The notes under the pieces: generated by a model
Told to the model about the DNA's origin: nothing
The model's database searches: none
What the model saw: the letters and a program-made list of their open reading frames with translations, nothing else
Part shown: positions 36,566 to 47,015 of the stretch, piece by piece
Layout: the number at the start of each line of letters is the position of its first letter
Position numbering within the stretch: position 1 is the stretch's first letter
Origin: Candidatus Bathyarchaeota archaeon
GTDB taxonomy: Archaea; Thermoproteota; Bathyarchaeia; Bathyarchaeales; Bathycorpusculaceae
DNA: 64,000 nucleotides
Reading direction: 5' to 3'
Assembly (NCBI GenBank): GCA_963828195.1
Contig: CAWHDT010000008.1
Span: 32,001-96,000 of the forward strand
Made by a program: the position numbers and the translations under genes

Positions 36566-39241
36566 ATGAAAAATCTAAAAAGTAAAGCTATGGCTATTTT
36601 GATTGCTTTAGTTCTAACAGTTTCTATAGGAGCTTCAATGTCAATAATACCAAATGCCAGCGCACACAGTCCAGGATGGACCATTATTTCATATGCATAC
36701 ATTAACGCTGCGCCAAACCCGATAGGCGTCGGACAGCAAGCGGCAGTTTCAATGTGGGTTGATTGCCCACTTGTAGGAGCCGCATTGAGCGACAACGTTA
36801 GACGCACGGGCTACACACTTACCATCACAGCGCCTGACGGAACAAACACAACAGAAACATGGGCAGAATGCACTGACCCAACAGGAGTACAAACCACCTA
36901 CTATACCCCCACTGCAGCGGGCACCTACATGTTCACGTTTAACTATGCAGGACAAAACTACACTTTTACCGCAGCTCAGGGAGGAACAACAACGTATGAC
37001 GGCGATTATTTCACGCCTGCAACCCGATCGACAAACCTGACTGTACAGCAAGAACCAGTTTCTTCACCAGTGGCTAGCAATCCACTTCCAACCGCGTACT
37101 GGACCTACCCCATATACGGAGAAAACAACTATTGGTTCACGGTTGCGTCAAACTGGCTCGCACAACCCTACATCCTTAACGCGGGCGACTCATACGATGG
37201 TGGTCAACAAGCTTACGGCTCAGGACCATCAAGCGCACACATCATGTGGACTTCTCCAGATGGGTACGGCGGAGTTCTCGGAGGAAACGACACTGCAGTC
37301 CCCGGAGTAGCATACTACACAGGTCTCTCATACAACCCCAGATTCAACAATCCAATCATTATGAACGGAGTCCTCTACTATGCACAGATGTACGGCAACT
37401 CAGGCACCGGCGGACCATACGTTGCAATAAACTTGGAGACAGGAGCGCAGATTTGGAGTATCAACACAACAGCAACAGGCGTATCTTTGGTACCATCGTT
37501 CGGCTATGAATATGATTTAGAGTGCCCCAACCAATACGGCGCATTACCAAACGGCTTACTTGTCGCACCCACAACCGCTTATCCTGGTCTAGGAACAGTT
37601 TGGAGAACCTATGACCCAGCAACTGGAATACTTACATCCATGAACATCACCAACGTTCCATCAGGATCAGCCGTTGCAGGACCATCAGGCGAATACCTAA
37701 TATACACTCTGACCAACCTCGGAAGCGCAGCAAAACCCAACTATTACTTAACTGAATGGAACTCATCTCTCGTATTCGGCGGATTAAATGCGACAGCAGG
37801 AGCCTTATCTCCAACAGGATGGTATTCAGGAACAGAAAACGCAAGCTTACCAACATGCTACGACTGGAACATATCAGTCAGCCTTGGCGGTTCACCTCCA
37901 AGCATATCAGCTTGGGCTATTGGAACATGCGAAAGAGGCACACAACCCTTGATCAGCCTGGGCAACGAAATCATTTTCATTCAAGGAACCTTCGGAGGAC
38001 ACGTTGGCGATTCAGGCGCTGCAACCACTACATACCCAGCGAACATGACATGCGTCAGCTTAAACCCTGCAACGTTGGGAACTACTTTATGGACGCAGGC
38101 TTATCAGCAAGCGCCAAACAACGAAACCCGCTTCCTTGCAGCTTGGGATCCAACCACCGGAGTCTTCATCTTCAACGACAAAGAGGACTTCGCTAACTGG
38201 GGCTACAGCATAGCTACTGGAAACTACCTGTGGGGTCCATCATATGTACCAGCCACATCTAGCGTTGACTGGAACTTCCCCATCTGGTACACTGACTGCT
38301 GCGACTACGGCAACCTTTACTCAGACGGCTTCAGCGGAATACTAAGCTGCTGGAACGACACAACCGGCGCATTAGAATGGACCTTTGGCAACGGAGGACC
38401 AGGCAACAGCACCAACGCAGGAACAGCCACACCCTACGGCTACTACCCAGAATTCATCGAATGCATCGGCGACGGACAAATCTACATGGCAGGCAACGAC
38501 CACTCACCAACCACCCCACTGTACAAAGGAGCACAACTATACGACGTCAACGCAACCAGCGGAGCAGAACTCTGGCAAATCAGCGGATGGGGCAACCAAA
38601 TGAGCGGAGCTGAAGGAGCAGTCGCCGCGGGTTACCTAACAGTCTTCAACCCATACAACTCAGAAATCCAATGCTTCGGCCAAGGACCAAGCCAATTAAC
38701 CGTTACAGCACCCAACACTGCCACACAAGTCGGCACACCCATAGTGATAAGAGGCACAGTCATGGACATTTCCGCAGGCACAACCCAAAACCAAGAAGCA
38801 ATGGACTTTCCAAACGGTGTTCCATGTGTTTCTGACGCAAGCCAAGGCGCATGGATGCAATACGTTTACGACCAATTCCCGATGCCGACAAACGTGACCG
38901 GTGTTCCAGTGACAATCAGCGTCATCGACTCTAACGGCAACTACAGAACCATCGGCACCACAACATCTGATGCAAGCGGCATGTTCACTTTAAGTTGGGC
39001 ACCAGACATCCCAGGCTCATACACAGTCATCGCTAATTTCGCGGGTTCAAACTCGTACTATCCATCTTCATCTGAAACATCCTTCTACGCAACCGCAGCA
39101 CCAACAGCAACACCTGGACCCACAACTACCCCAACTTCAGTCGCAGACTTGTACTTCGTTCCCGCAATCGCTGGACTATTCGTCTTAATCATCATAGTCT
39201 TGGCTGTAGTCGTACTGCTGATGTTCAGAAAACGACCATAA
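36566..39241 (+). CDS. Surface protein with PQQ-binding-like beta-propeller repeats and C-terminal TM anchor (paralogue B)
   Basis: ATG 36566 after GAGG. Same architecture as paralogue A; ends TM plus RKRP. Confidence 0.85.
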   Translation: MKNLKSKAMAILIALVLTVSIGASMSIIPNASAHSPGWTIISYAYINAAPNPIGVGQQAAVSMWVDCPLVGAALSDNVRRTGYTLTITAPDGTNTTETWAECTDPTGVQTTYYTPTAAGTYMFTFNYAGQNYTFTAAQGGTTTYDGDYFTPATRSTNLTVQQEPVSSPVASNPLPTAYWTYPIYGENNYWFTVASNWLAQPYILNAGDSYDGGQQAYGSGPSSAHIMWTSPDGYGGVLGGNDTAVPGVAYYTGLSYNPRFNNPIIMNGVLYYAQMYGNSGTGGPYVAINLETGAQIWSINTTATGVSLVPSFGYEYDLECPNQYGALPNGLLVAPTTAYPGLGTVWRTYDPATGILTSMNITNVPSGSAVAGPSGEYLIYTLTNLGSAAKPNYYLTEWNSSLVFGGLNATAGALSPTGWYSGTENASLPTCYDWNISVSLGGSPPSISAWAIGTCERGTQPLISLGNEIIFIQGTFGGHVGDSGAATTTYPANMTCVSLNPATLGTTLWTQAYQQAPNNETRFLAAWDPTTGVFIFNDKEDFANWGYSIATGNYLWGPSYVPATSSVDWNFPIWYTDCCDYGNLYSDGFSGILSCWNDTTGALEWTFGNGGPGNSTNAGTATPYGYYPEFIECIGDGQIYMAGNDHSPTTPLYKGAQLYDVNATSGAELWQISGWGNQMSGAEGAVAAGYLTVFNPYNSEIQCFGQGPSQLTVTAPNTATQVGTPIVIRGTVMDISAGTTQNQEAMDFPNGVPCVSDASQGAWMQYVYDQFPMPTNVTGVPVTISVIDSNGNYRTIGTTTSDASGMFTLSWAPDIPGSYTVIANFAGSNSYYPSSSETSFYATAAPTATPGPTTTPTSVADLYFVPAIAGLFVLIIIVLAVVVLLMFRKRP

Positions 39242-39255
39242 AAAACAAAAAATCA

Positions 39256-39281
39256 TTTCCCTTTTTCTTTTTTTCTTTTTT
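39256..39281 (+). terminator. Archaeal U-rich terminator
   Basis: tttccctttttctttttttctttttt directly after the stop. Similar tracts follow paralogues A and C and the Beta_propel gene. Confidence 0.6.
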
Positions 39282-39400
39282 AATACAAACCATGTTAAAA
39301 TCTGCCTTCACAATATCAGATGATTAATAAGCGTCTTTACAGTTGGGAACTGCCGGAACCTGCCCAACAACCTTAAAGAAATCAAATGTTGTGGAGAAAA

Positions 39401-39937
39401 ATGAAAGCTCTTGTAGTTTATGGCACCAGATGGGGCGGCACCGTTGCTGTAGCCTCAAAAATCGGGGAAGCACTCAAAAAAGAAGGCTTAGATACCGATG
39501 TCGCCGATGTAAAGTTGAGCCCTAAAACGCTCAGTTCATACGACCTCGTCATCGTTGGAAGCGGAATAAGAGCCGACAAATGGACTGATGAAATCACGAG
39601 TTTTCTTGAAGCCAACGCGGAGTTGCTTATGGCAAAGAAGACGGCTTTGTTTGTCAGCTGCCACATGTTTGACAGCGAAAAAGAGGCAAGAGATAAAGCG
39701 AAGATTTCATACCTTGACAAAACAGCCGAAAAATACGGTTTGAAACCTGTTGGGCTTGGATTCTTCGGCGGCATCATGGATTTTAAGCAAAGCCACGGCT
39801 TGTTTGTGGATATTCTTGTCAGAGTTAACCGAAGTAAGCTGCGAAGGCAGGGACTTGACACAGCCAAAGTGACTGATACAAGAGATTGGAGCAGCATTGA
39901 GGCTTGGGCAAGTCAGGTTGCTAAAAGCTGCAGGTAA
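39401..39937 (+). CDS. Flavodoxin-domain protein (HemG-like, Flavodoxin_5)
   Basis: MKALVVYGTRWGGT, YDLVIVGSGI, ALFVSC, FFGG and DTRDW..I..W. Confidence 0.87.
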   Translation: MKALVVYGTRWGGTVAVASKIGEALKKEGLDTDVADVKLSPKTLSSYDLVIVGSGIRADKWTDEITSFLEANAELLMAKKTALFVSCHMFDSEKEARDKAKISYLDKTAEKYGLKPVGLGFFGGIMDFKQSHGLFVDILVRVNRSKLRRQGLDTAKVTDTRDWSSIEAWASQVAKSCR

Positions 39938-40081
39938 AGGCGGCAAATTGAAGCCTAAATCTGCCTGAAGCACCTTTTTGAGCCATTTAAATTTGCTTGA
40001 GTGTAGCATAAGCGTCTAAACAAGAAGTTACCCTTTTAAGCAAGCTAAACAATCTTTTTTCAAGTCAATGAGGTTTACTGT

Positions 40082-40387
40082 TTGGGAAAGAAAAAGGTTC
40101 TAAGCGAAGGCGCAATCGGCGAATTAGTTTACCCGAGAGAAGGGGAAGTTTTAGGTGTAGTTACGAAGCTGCTTGGTTTTGACCGAATCATGGTTAAATG
40201 CCAAGACGGCGCAGAACGTTTATGCAGAATCCGAGGCAAAATGAAGAGGCGCGTATGGATACGGGAAGGCGACATCGTAATTGTTTCGCCGTGGGAGTTT
40301 CAAACTGACAAACGCGGCGACGTCGTTTGGCGATACACGCACTCGCAAGCTGACACGCTAAGGCGCAAGGGCATTCTAATCCTCTAA
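40082..40387 (+). CDS. eif1a: Translation initiation factor aIF-1A
   Basis: LLG...MVKCQDG.ERLCRIRGKMKRRVWIREGD.V.V.PWEFQ..KRGD..WRY. Confidence 0.96.
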   Translation: MGKKKVLSEGAIGELVYPREGEVLGVVTKLLGFDRIMVKCQDGAERLCRIRGKMKRRVWIREGDIVIVSPWEFQTDKRGDVVWRYTHSQADTLRRKGILIL

Positions 40388-40477
40388 CCTAAATTTTTTC
40401 AATTAAGCCTGCTGAGCACAGGTTTTTTTCAATTTGCTTTTGCAATGCCTTCAAAATTATTGGGACTGAAATGTTTT

Positions 40478-41738
40478 TTATGGGCTGCTTTCTAGAAGCC
40501 AACTGCATAACGGCTTGTAGGTGATTGTTCCTTTGATGCCAAACCATTCACGCGTTTCCTCTTTGTCCTCACGCAAGGTTAGCACCGTCAGCTTGCTGCA
40601 TTTAAGTTCCTTCCCTGCTTTTAGCAGTGCACGAACCTCTCTTTCACGTGTTTTCTCGCTCTCTAATGAATAGCACGCCTGAATTAACTCTACCACTTCC
40701 ATTCCTCTTCTGACCAGAAAATCAACTTCTTTACCCTGTTGATTTCGCCAATAATAAAACTCGATTTTTTTCTCTATTTCTTTTCTTTTCAAGTGCACTG
40801 CAACACAGTTCTCAAAAAGTCTGCCGTAGTTTGGGCTTGCTTGGAACGCTTTTGCAGCGATCATTCCGTTGTCGTAGCTGTACATCTTTCTGTTTTGACC
40901 TGTTTGCTTGGTTTTATATGAAAACCTGCTTACCGTAAACATAAGGTAGGCTTCTTCTAAAAACCCACAGTATTTCTGAGCAGTTACACTACTTTTTAAC
41001 CCGACGGCGCTGGAGAGAGAAAGATAAGAAAATTCAGACGCTAAGTTAGAGAGCAAAAAGATAGCTAACCTTTCGATGTTCAACTCCTTTCCTCAGATTA
41101 TGCCGCTTGATTATATCCTTGTAAATTATTGAGTCAAAAAGTATGGCAAGGTACTGGATGGCGTCGAGCTTTTTCATCACTGTTTCAGGGTACCCGCCGT
41201 AACGCATGTATTCCAGCAAAAAAGCCTCCTTTTCCTGCGTCGTCAGCTTGTCCAGCTCCGCTTTTTTAGCTCTAAGGTATTCTTCGAAGGAAAAAGTAAG
41301 CACCGTAGTCGGTATATGCCTTCCCGTCAGGTGTGTTGCTAATTCTTTGCTTAACAGTTTAGAGTTGCTTCCAGTCACCACTATATTGAAGCCTTCCCGC
41401 TGAAGCCTATTGACAAACAATTCCCACCTGGGCAAGTTTTGAATTTCGTCAAAAAACAAGATTTGGGGGCTTCCAAACACCTGCGCTATCTCCGAGATAA
41501 GGTCATCGTAGTTTTCAAGTTTGATTAAATCTTCATTGTCAAAATTTGCGTAACCAAACCTTTCCGCATCCTTAAGGGTGTGTACGACGAAAAAGGATTT
41601 GCCTGCCCTTCTGGGTCCCATCACCACTTTTATCAGGTTGTGCTCCAAAGAAAATGGTTCAATGGCTCTTTCAACATAAGCTTCTCTGATTGTTCGTTCA
41701 AGTTCAGCTTTTTGCGAAAGGACTACATCTCTTAACAT
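40478..41738 (-). pseudogene. AAA_14 ATPase with DUF4143 and C-terminal nuclease-like domain (COG1373), split by a frameshift
   Basis: GPRRAGKS, FFDEIQ, TGS, LTGR and GGYPE in 41046..41738; RKMYSYDNG, FEN.V and EVDF...IQA in 40478..41083. Removing one A from AGGAAAGGAG (~41088) joins the frames. Confidence 0.85.
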
Positions 41739-41846
41739 AATAATATCATAATAAAAGAAAATATATAAAAATTTTTATTACAACGCAATATTTAATATGC
41801 CTCGATTAGTTTTAATATCCAAAAGCATTAAGCATGGTTGAATATT

Positions 41847-42629
41847 ATGTCTCGTAAAGCTCAGGAACGCATTGCTCATACCGAAAGAAGAGTGGAGCGA
41901 AGAGACAAAATGCTAACCCACGACATGACCAAAGAACGCGCCACCGTGGAAGAGGTTTTTGACCAAACCACCCGCATGGTTGTCTTTGACATGCTTAACA
42001 GCGGCGTTTTCTACGAACTCAACGGCGTTGTAAGTTCAGGCAAGGAAGCACGAGTTTACTGGGGAACCGATAAGGCAGGCAAGGATTTAGCAGTAAAAAT
42101 CTATTTAACTTCTTCTGCCGAGTTCAAGAAGGGCATGCTCAAATACATCGAAGGCGACCCACGCTTCACAAATATTAAACGTGATACACGATCGCTGATT
42201 GCCATTTGGGCAGCGAAGGAGTTTCGCAATTTAAAAGAAGCATCAGAGGCAAAGGTTCCTGTTCCCAAACCCGTCGCCGTTAAAAGCAACGTAGTTGTTA
42301 TGGAGTTCATCGGGAAAGACGGTGTTAGCGCCCCTTCGCTGAAAGAGCGGCCGCCAGCCAACCCCGAGCGAGCCTACCGTTTATTGGTTACTTACGTGAA
42401 GCGGCTCTACCAAAAAGCCAAGCTTGTGCACGGCGATTTAAGCGAATACAACATTATGATTTGGAAGGGCAAGATAGTGGTTTTTGATATGTCTCAGTCC
42501 GTTTCTATTCAGCATCCGATGGCTGACTTCATGTTGATTAGAGATATAACGAATTTGAATAGGTTCTTTAGTCGCCTAAACGTTAAAGTTTATTCCGTTG
42601 AAGAATTTCACAAGATGGTTGTTGGTTAA
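41847..42629 (+). CDS. rio1: RIO1 serine protein kinase
   Basis: EEVFD, SSGKEARVY, AVKIY, YIEGDPRF, W..KEFRNL, LVHGDLSEYN and FDMSQSV...HP. Confidence 0.95.
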   Translation: MSRKAQERIAHTERRVERRDKMLTHDMTKERATVEEVFDQTTRMVVFDMLNSGVFYELNGVVSSGKEARVYWGTDKAGKDLAVKIYLTSSAEFKKGMLKYIEGDPRFTNIKRDTRSLIAIWAAKEFRNLKEASEAKVPVPKPVAVKSNVVVMEFIGKDGVSAPSLKERPPANPERAYRLLVTYVKRLYQKAKLVHGDLSEYNIMIWKGKIVVFDMSQSVSIQHPMADFMLIRDITNLNRFFSRLNVKVYSVEEFHKMVVG

Positions 42630-42631
42630 AA

Positions 42632-43207
42632 ATGACTGGTTTAGACACTTTTGTAAAGATTCCCAAAGAACGAGTTGCAATATTAATTGGACCCGAAGGC
42701 AAAGTAAAACAGTACATAGAAGAAAAACTTCAAGTTAAGATTGACATTGACAATGAAGGCAGCATCACCATTGTCCTTTCAGAAAAAGCTACTGACCCAT
42801 CCCTGCTTTTAAAAGCCAAAGATGTTGTGACAGCCATCGGCAGAGGCTTCACCCCCGAAGTAGCAGAACGCCTGATACGCAACGAAGAAGAAATCTTTGA
42901 CCTGATAGATCTGCGCGTGATCTTTGGCCGCTCAGAATCAGACATAAAACGCATAAAAGGCAGAATCATCGGCGCCCAGGGCAAAACAAGAAAGCTAATT
43001 GAAGAGTTAAGCGAGGCAGACGTAGTAGTTTATGGCCACACAGTTGGGCTCATCGGCAGTTTTGAACAGGTAGATACCGCCCACAACGCGGTGCAAATGA
43101 TCATTGAAGGCTGCCAACACCACACAGTGTACAATTACCTGCAGAAGAAGCGGACAGAGCAAAAGAAAGAAAAACTTGAGTTGTGGGAGAAGCCTCGAGA
43201 AAAATAA
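42632..43207 (+). CDS. KH-domain ribosome biogenesis protein (Dim2/Pno1/Krr1 family)
   Basis: IPKERVAILIG, AIGRGF.PE.A, RIKGRIIG..GKTR and G..H..VY. Follows rio1. Confidence 0.93.
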   Translation: MTGLDTFVKIPKERVAILIGPEGKVKQYIEEKLQVKIDIDNEGSITIVLSEKATDPSLLLKAKDVVTAIGRGFTPEVAERLIRNEEEIFDLIDLRVIFGRSESDIKRIKGRIIGAQGKTRKLIEELSEADVVVYGHTVGLIGSFEQVDTAHNAVQMIIEGCQHHTVYNYLQKKRTEQKKEKLELWEKPREK

Positions 43208-43290
43208 ATATCCTTTTTCAGTTTTCCCCTGACTTCAAGGTGCGAAAACGTTAACTATCGCGTCAAGTAAACCTTGAACAGTGACCACAC

Positions 43291-43683
43291 TTGTCAGAGA
43301 ACAAAAATGGGATCGTGCAGGTGCCCAGCGCATATTCTTTTGACGAAACATTCGAACGGCTAAAACCCCTTGTCATATCCCACGGGCTTACAATTTTCGC
43401 CACAATAAATTTCAGCGAAGACGCAGAGCGTGCAGGCTTAAAAATGAACCCCACGCGGCTACTCATTTTCGGCAACCCGAAAGCTGGGACCCCGCTGATG
43501 ATTGCTACGCCATCTCTCGCCATCGACTTTCCGCTAAAAGTTTTAGTTTCCGCAGATGAAAACGAAAAAGCATGGTTATCTTATAATTCGCCGCTGTACC
43601 TCAAAGAACGCCACAACATTCCAGATGCCTTATTAAAAAACATCACTGGCATAGTGTCGATTGTAGAATCGGCGGCTAAATAG
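43291..43683 (+). CDS. DUF302 domain protein
   Basis: GLTIFATINFS..A...GL...PTRLLIFGNPKAGTPLM...AIDFPLKVLV. Confidence 0.9.
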   Translation: MSENKNGIVQVPSAYSFDETFERLKPLVISHGLTIFATINFSEDAERAGLKMNPTRLLIFGNPKAGTPLMIATPSLAIDFPLKVLVSADENEKAWLSYNSPLYLKERHNIPDALLKNITGIVSIVESAAK

Positions 43684-43941
43684 CGTACAAAAAAAGTTGC
43701 TCGGACGTTTAGGGCGCTTCTAGGTCTGCTTCTGAAAATCTACCGTAAGACCAAAAGGTTGATGGCTCGCCCGCTTGGACGCGCCATGATTAAGAGTTAA
43801 CACCTGTTTTTCCACGAGAAGGGGTTGGAATGCTTAAACATCTGTAACCCTTAACCGTTTGATATTCAACCAAGTCAGCATAAAAGCTTTTAGTAAAAAA
43901 GCTTAAGCGTTGGATGGGCTCTTAAACGGCAACAACAACAA

Positions 43942-44019
43942 TTAAGCTGCCGTAGCCGTCACGCACTCAAGATCCTCATCATCCACATAGTCTTCGGGGC
44001 CAGAGTCGTCATCGCCCAT
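43942..44019 (-). CDS. Candidate small acidic peptide (25 aa)
   Basis: ATG...TAA ORF MGDDDSGPEDYVDDEDLECVTATAA downstream of the O-methyltransferase. No other support. Confidence 0.25.
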   Translation of the reverse strand: MGDDDSGPEDYVDDEDLECVTATAA

Positions 44020-44095
44020 CCGAAACAAAAAACAACCTAAAGCCTTCTTAAGGATTGTGACCTATCCGCTGCCTTGCCGTTGCCGCCAAGCTGGG

Positions 44096-44668
44096 TCAAA
44101 GTTTAATGCTGATTTCTAACCCGTCGCCGCCTACCTTCACGTACCTGCTCCGGTATTTTCCCGAGCGCCTAACATAATCCAAATAATCGTTCATTTCATC
44201 AGCGAATACCCCAGCATTATCCGCCACAACAACAGCGCCCCTGCACAGTTTATCTTCCGCCGTTTTCAAGTACAGAAAATACTCGCTTTTTTCAGCGTCA
44301 ATAAAGGCGAAGTCAAAGGGTCCATTCAAAGTGGGAATAACTTCTTTCGCGTCGCCAACAATAATCTTAACTTTAGCGGGAACGCTTGCTCTAACAATGT
44401 TTTCCCCAGCCGCTTCAGCTTCACCACGGTGGATTTCAATCGTCACAATCTCAGCATCTTCATCCAGCTCCTTGCCCATGAGAATCGCCGAGTACCCGAT
44501 TAAAGTGCCGACCTCCAAAACATGCCGCGGCTTAGCCTTGCAAATTTCCTGCCTCAAAATCTCGCCCTTAAAAGGACCCACAATTGGCAGAAACTGCTTT
44601 TCAGATGCCGCTTCAATCTGCTTTAAAATTAGGTCAGCGTTTCTGAAGAGGGGTTTTTCAATTGTCAT
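44096..44668 (-). CDS. Class I SAM-dependent O-methyltransferase (YrrM/COMT-like)
   Basis: VLEVGTLIGYSA, TIE, GDA, FDFAFIDAEK.EY and VVADN. Confidence 0.92.
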   Translation of the reverse strand: MTIEKPLFRNADLILKQIEAASEKQFLPIVGPFKGEILRQEICKAKPRHVLEVGTLIGYSAILMGKELDEDAEIVTIEIHRGEAEAAGENIVRASVPAKVKIIVGDAKEVIPTLNGPFDFAFIDAEKSEYFLYLKTAEDKLCRGAVVVADNAGVFADEMNDYLDYVRRSGKYRSRYVKVGGDGLEISIKL

Positions 44669-45231
44669 AGTGGAACCTTGATTTTATCTATAAAACGGTG
44701 CTGCAGCTTTGCGATTTTTGGTGCAATCACGGCTTGGCAGTATGGTTCTCTGGGGTGTTTTTTGTAGTAGTCTTTATGGTATGTTTCGGCTGGGTAAAAG
44801 GTTTTGAGGGGTTCAACGGCTGTGACGATGGGTTTGTCCCAGATGCCCTCTTGGGTTAATTCAGCGATTAAGGCTTCAGCCGTAGCTTTCTGTTCTTGGT
44901 TATGGTAGAAAATCGCTGACCTATACTGCGTTCCCACATCTGCGCCTTGGCGATTCAGCGAGGTTGGGTCATGCATCGTGAAGTAAATTTCCAAAATTTC
45001 TTTGTAGCTAATCACTTTTGGGTCAAAAAAGATTTGCGCTGATTCCGCATGACCCGTTTGACCCGAAGAAACTTGCTCGTAAGTGGGGTTAGGCACAGTG
45101 CCGCCCGTGTAACCGGGTTCAATGCGTTCCACCCCTTTTATTATGCTGAAAGCCGCTTCAGTGCACCAGAAGCAGCCGGCGGCGAGGGTTGCAACTTCCA
45201 AATTTTTGTTATCCGAAGGTTGTTGAGTCAT
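44665..45231 (-). CDS. msrA: Peptide methionine sulfoxide reductase A
   Basis: GCFWC, GYTGG, TGHAE, HDPT..NRQG.D.G.QYRS and AE.YH.DY. Confidence 0.97.
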   Translation of the reverse strand: MTQQPSDNKNLEVATLAAGCFWCTEAAFSIIKGVERIEPGYTGGTVPNPTYEQVSSGQTGHAESAQIFFDPKVISYKEILEIYFTMHDPTSLNRQGADVGTQYRSAIFYHNQEQKATAEALIAELTQEGIWDKPIVTAVEPLKTFYPAETYHKDYYKKHPREPYCQAVIAPKIAKLQHRFIDKIKVPL

Positions 45232-45364
45232 GTTTTTTTCTTCCTCGAAAAATGGGCTAATGCCTCTAGCATATGCGGGGCGGCTTTGAACTTAACGGTT
45301 TGTGGCTGTCATGGCACAATAACTAGGCAAAATTTTTTTCTTATTTCTGATCTGATCGACCCGT

Positions 45365-45805
45365 TTAAGAGAATGCTCCAGCTGCGTTAGGTGCGTTCTC
45401 AGGCACCATTTGGGTGATATCCCAGTACTCGACTATTTTGTCGCCGCTGAAACGGAAAAGATGGATCTGCCTTAACCCGCCTTGGCTTGGCTTGGAACCT
45501 GAGATTTGCGTATGCACAGCCACCAGGTCGCCGTCTGCAAGAACCTGCCTGATAACGAGTTTAAAGGCAGCTTTTGACCCCTCTAAAATTCCATCGGAAC
45601 CTTGTTTTTGCACCGCAATCATCGCATCAGTCAAAGCGTCCATGCCGCCGGCGGTGTAGGGATTATGGGTCTTACAATCAGGAGCAAAAAAACGCAGCCC
45701 CTCTTTCGGTTTTCCCGCGCCGACTAAACGCAGAAATTCAACGGCAATATCCTTACGAGCTTTATCATCATCATCCTTCGTTTCCTCAAAACCAGTTAAA
45801 CTCAT
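45365..45805 (-). CDS. SnoaL/NTF2-like protein
   Basis: HNP...G, ADGDLVAVH and FRF...KIVEYWD. Confidence 0.85.
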   Translation of the reverse strand: MSLTGFEETKDDDDKARKDIAVEFLRLVGAGKPKEGLRFFAPDCKTHNPYTAGGMDALTDAMIAVQKQGSDGILEGSKAAFKLVIRQVLADGDLVAVHTQISGSKPSQGGLRQIHLFRFSGDKIVEYWDITQMVPENAPNAAGAFS

Positions 45806-45985
45806 TTTTTCGCCTAAAAAACCTAGGAAATAAAGAAATTTAAAGGTGTTGGCTGCTTAAACCGCTGAATTTAAGTTTGTCTTATTCAAATCTGAAAAAG
45901 CATCTTCTTTTAGTTTATTTTAGATAGCCATAAATATGCTCACTTCCAAGTATTGATAATCAGATTTCTCGTTGAGGACGTACTT

Positions 45986-47002
45986 ATGGCTCTGTTGAAA
46001 AAACGAAATTTTGTGATTTTAGCAGCCGCCATCTTGGTAGTTGCCATTGTTCTAAGTTCATTTATTTACCTAAATTTCCAAAGGCCCTATTCAGGAAGTG
46101 TCGAATCTATTAGCATTGGAACGATTCCGCTTGAAACCAACTCGTTAATTTACGTAGCTAATAATGAGCATTATTTTGCCGACAACGGTCTATCCGTAAC
46201 TTTCACGAACTATGGCTCAGGGTTCGATGCTATGCAAGGGATGCTAAATGGCGAAGTGAACATTGCAGTCGCATCCGAGTTCGTTGTTGCTGAAGCGGCA
46301 GTCGCGAATCAGGGTTTTTACGTTTTTGGAAGCGTCTCCAAATTCAATATCTACGATATGGTTGCCCGAACGGACAAAGGCATTACTAATATTTCAGATT
46401 TAACCGGTAAAACGATAGGAGCTGCGTTTGGAACTATTGGACAATACTATTTGGGCAGTTTTCTTGAATTAAACAACATAAACCCAAACGACGTAACTAT
46501 CGTTAATGTGCCAAATGCGCAATCGGCAAGTGCTTTGGCAAACGGCACTGTAGACGCAATTGTAACTTATCAGCCTGAAATTAGCCAAATTGGAAGCCTC
46601 CTGGGTAACAATACTGTAATGTGGCCAGCCCAAGCTGACCAATTAGGCTACTTCGACGCAGCCTGTTCAACAAGTTTTGCGGCAAACCATTCAGACTCGA
46701 TTGTGAAGTTTTTGAAGGCGATGGTTCAAGCTGAGAACTTTGTCGCAAATCATAAGGATCAGGCTATGACTATCGTGGCAAATACGCTAAACTATACCGG
46801 CACATACATGGCATCTGTCTGGCCAAACTATCAATTTTCAGTTACTCTTGATCAATCGCAAATTTTAGCTCTGCAAGAAGAAGCCCAATGGCTAATAAGT
46901 AATAATTTGACCAACGCGACCGCGGTTCCGAACTTCCAAAATTTCGTGTACCTCAACGGTCTTGAGTCAATAAACCCGAACGCAGTAAACATTATAAGCT
47001 AA
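45986..47002 (+). CDS. NMT1/SsuA-type substrate-binding protein
   Basis: N-terminal TM; YVA...YF...GL, ISDLTGKTIG, G.VDA...YQP and FLKAM.QA. No permease or ATPase gene is adjacent. Confidence 0.87.
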   Translation: MALLKKRNFVILAAAILVVAIVLSSFIYLNFQRPYSGSVESISIGTIPLETNSLIYVANNEHYFADNGLSVTFTNYGSGFDAMQGMLNGEVNIAVASEFVVAEAAVANQGFYVFGSVSKFNIYDMVARTDKGITNISDLTGKTIGAAFGTIGQYYLGSFLELNNINPNDVTIVNVPNAQSASALANGTVDAIVTYQPEISQIGSLLGNNTVMWPAQADQLGYFDAACSTSFAANHSDSIVKFLKAMVQAENFVANHKDQAMTIVANTLNYTGTYMASVWPNYQFSVTLDQSQILALQEEAQWLISNNLTNATAVPNFQNFVYLNGLESINPNAVNIIS

Positions 47003-47015
47003 GGAAAAAAAGAAA

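Noticed and set aside
32335-39241. Diversity-generating retroelement acting on the variable surface proteins
   Set aside because: No reverse transcriptase and no near-identical TR/VR pair with adenine-specific mismatches seen in the window.
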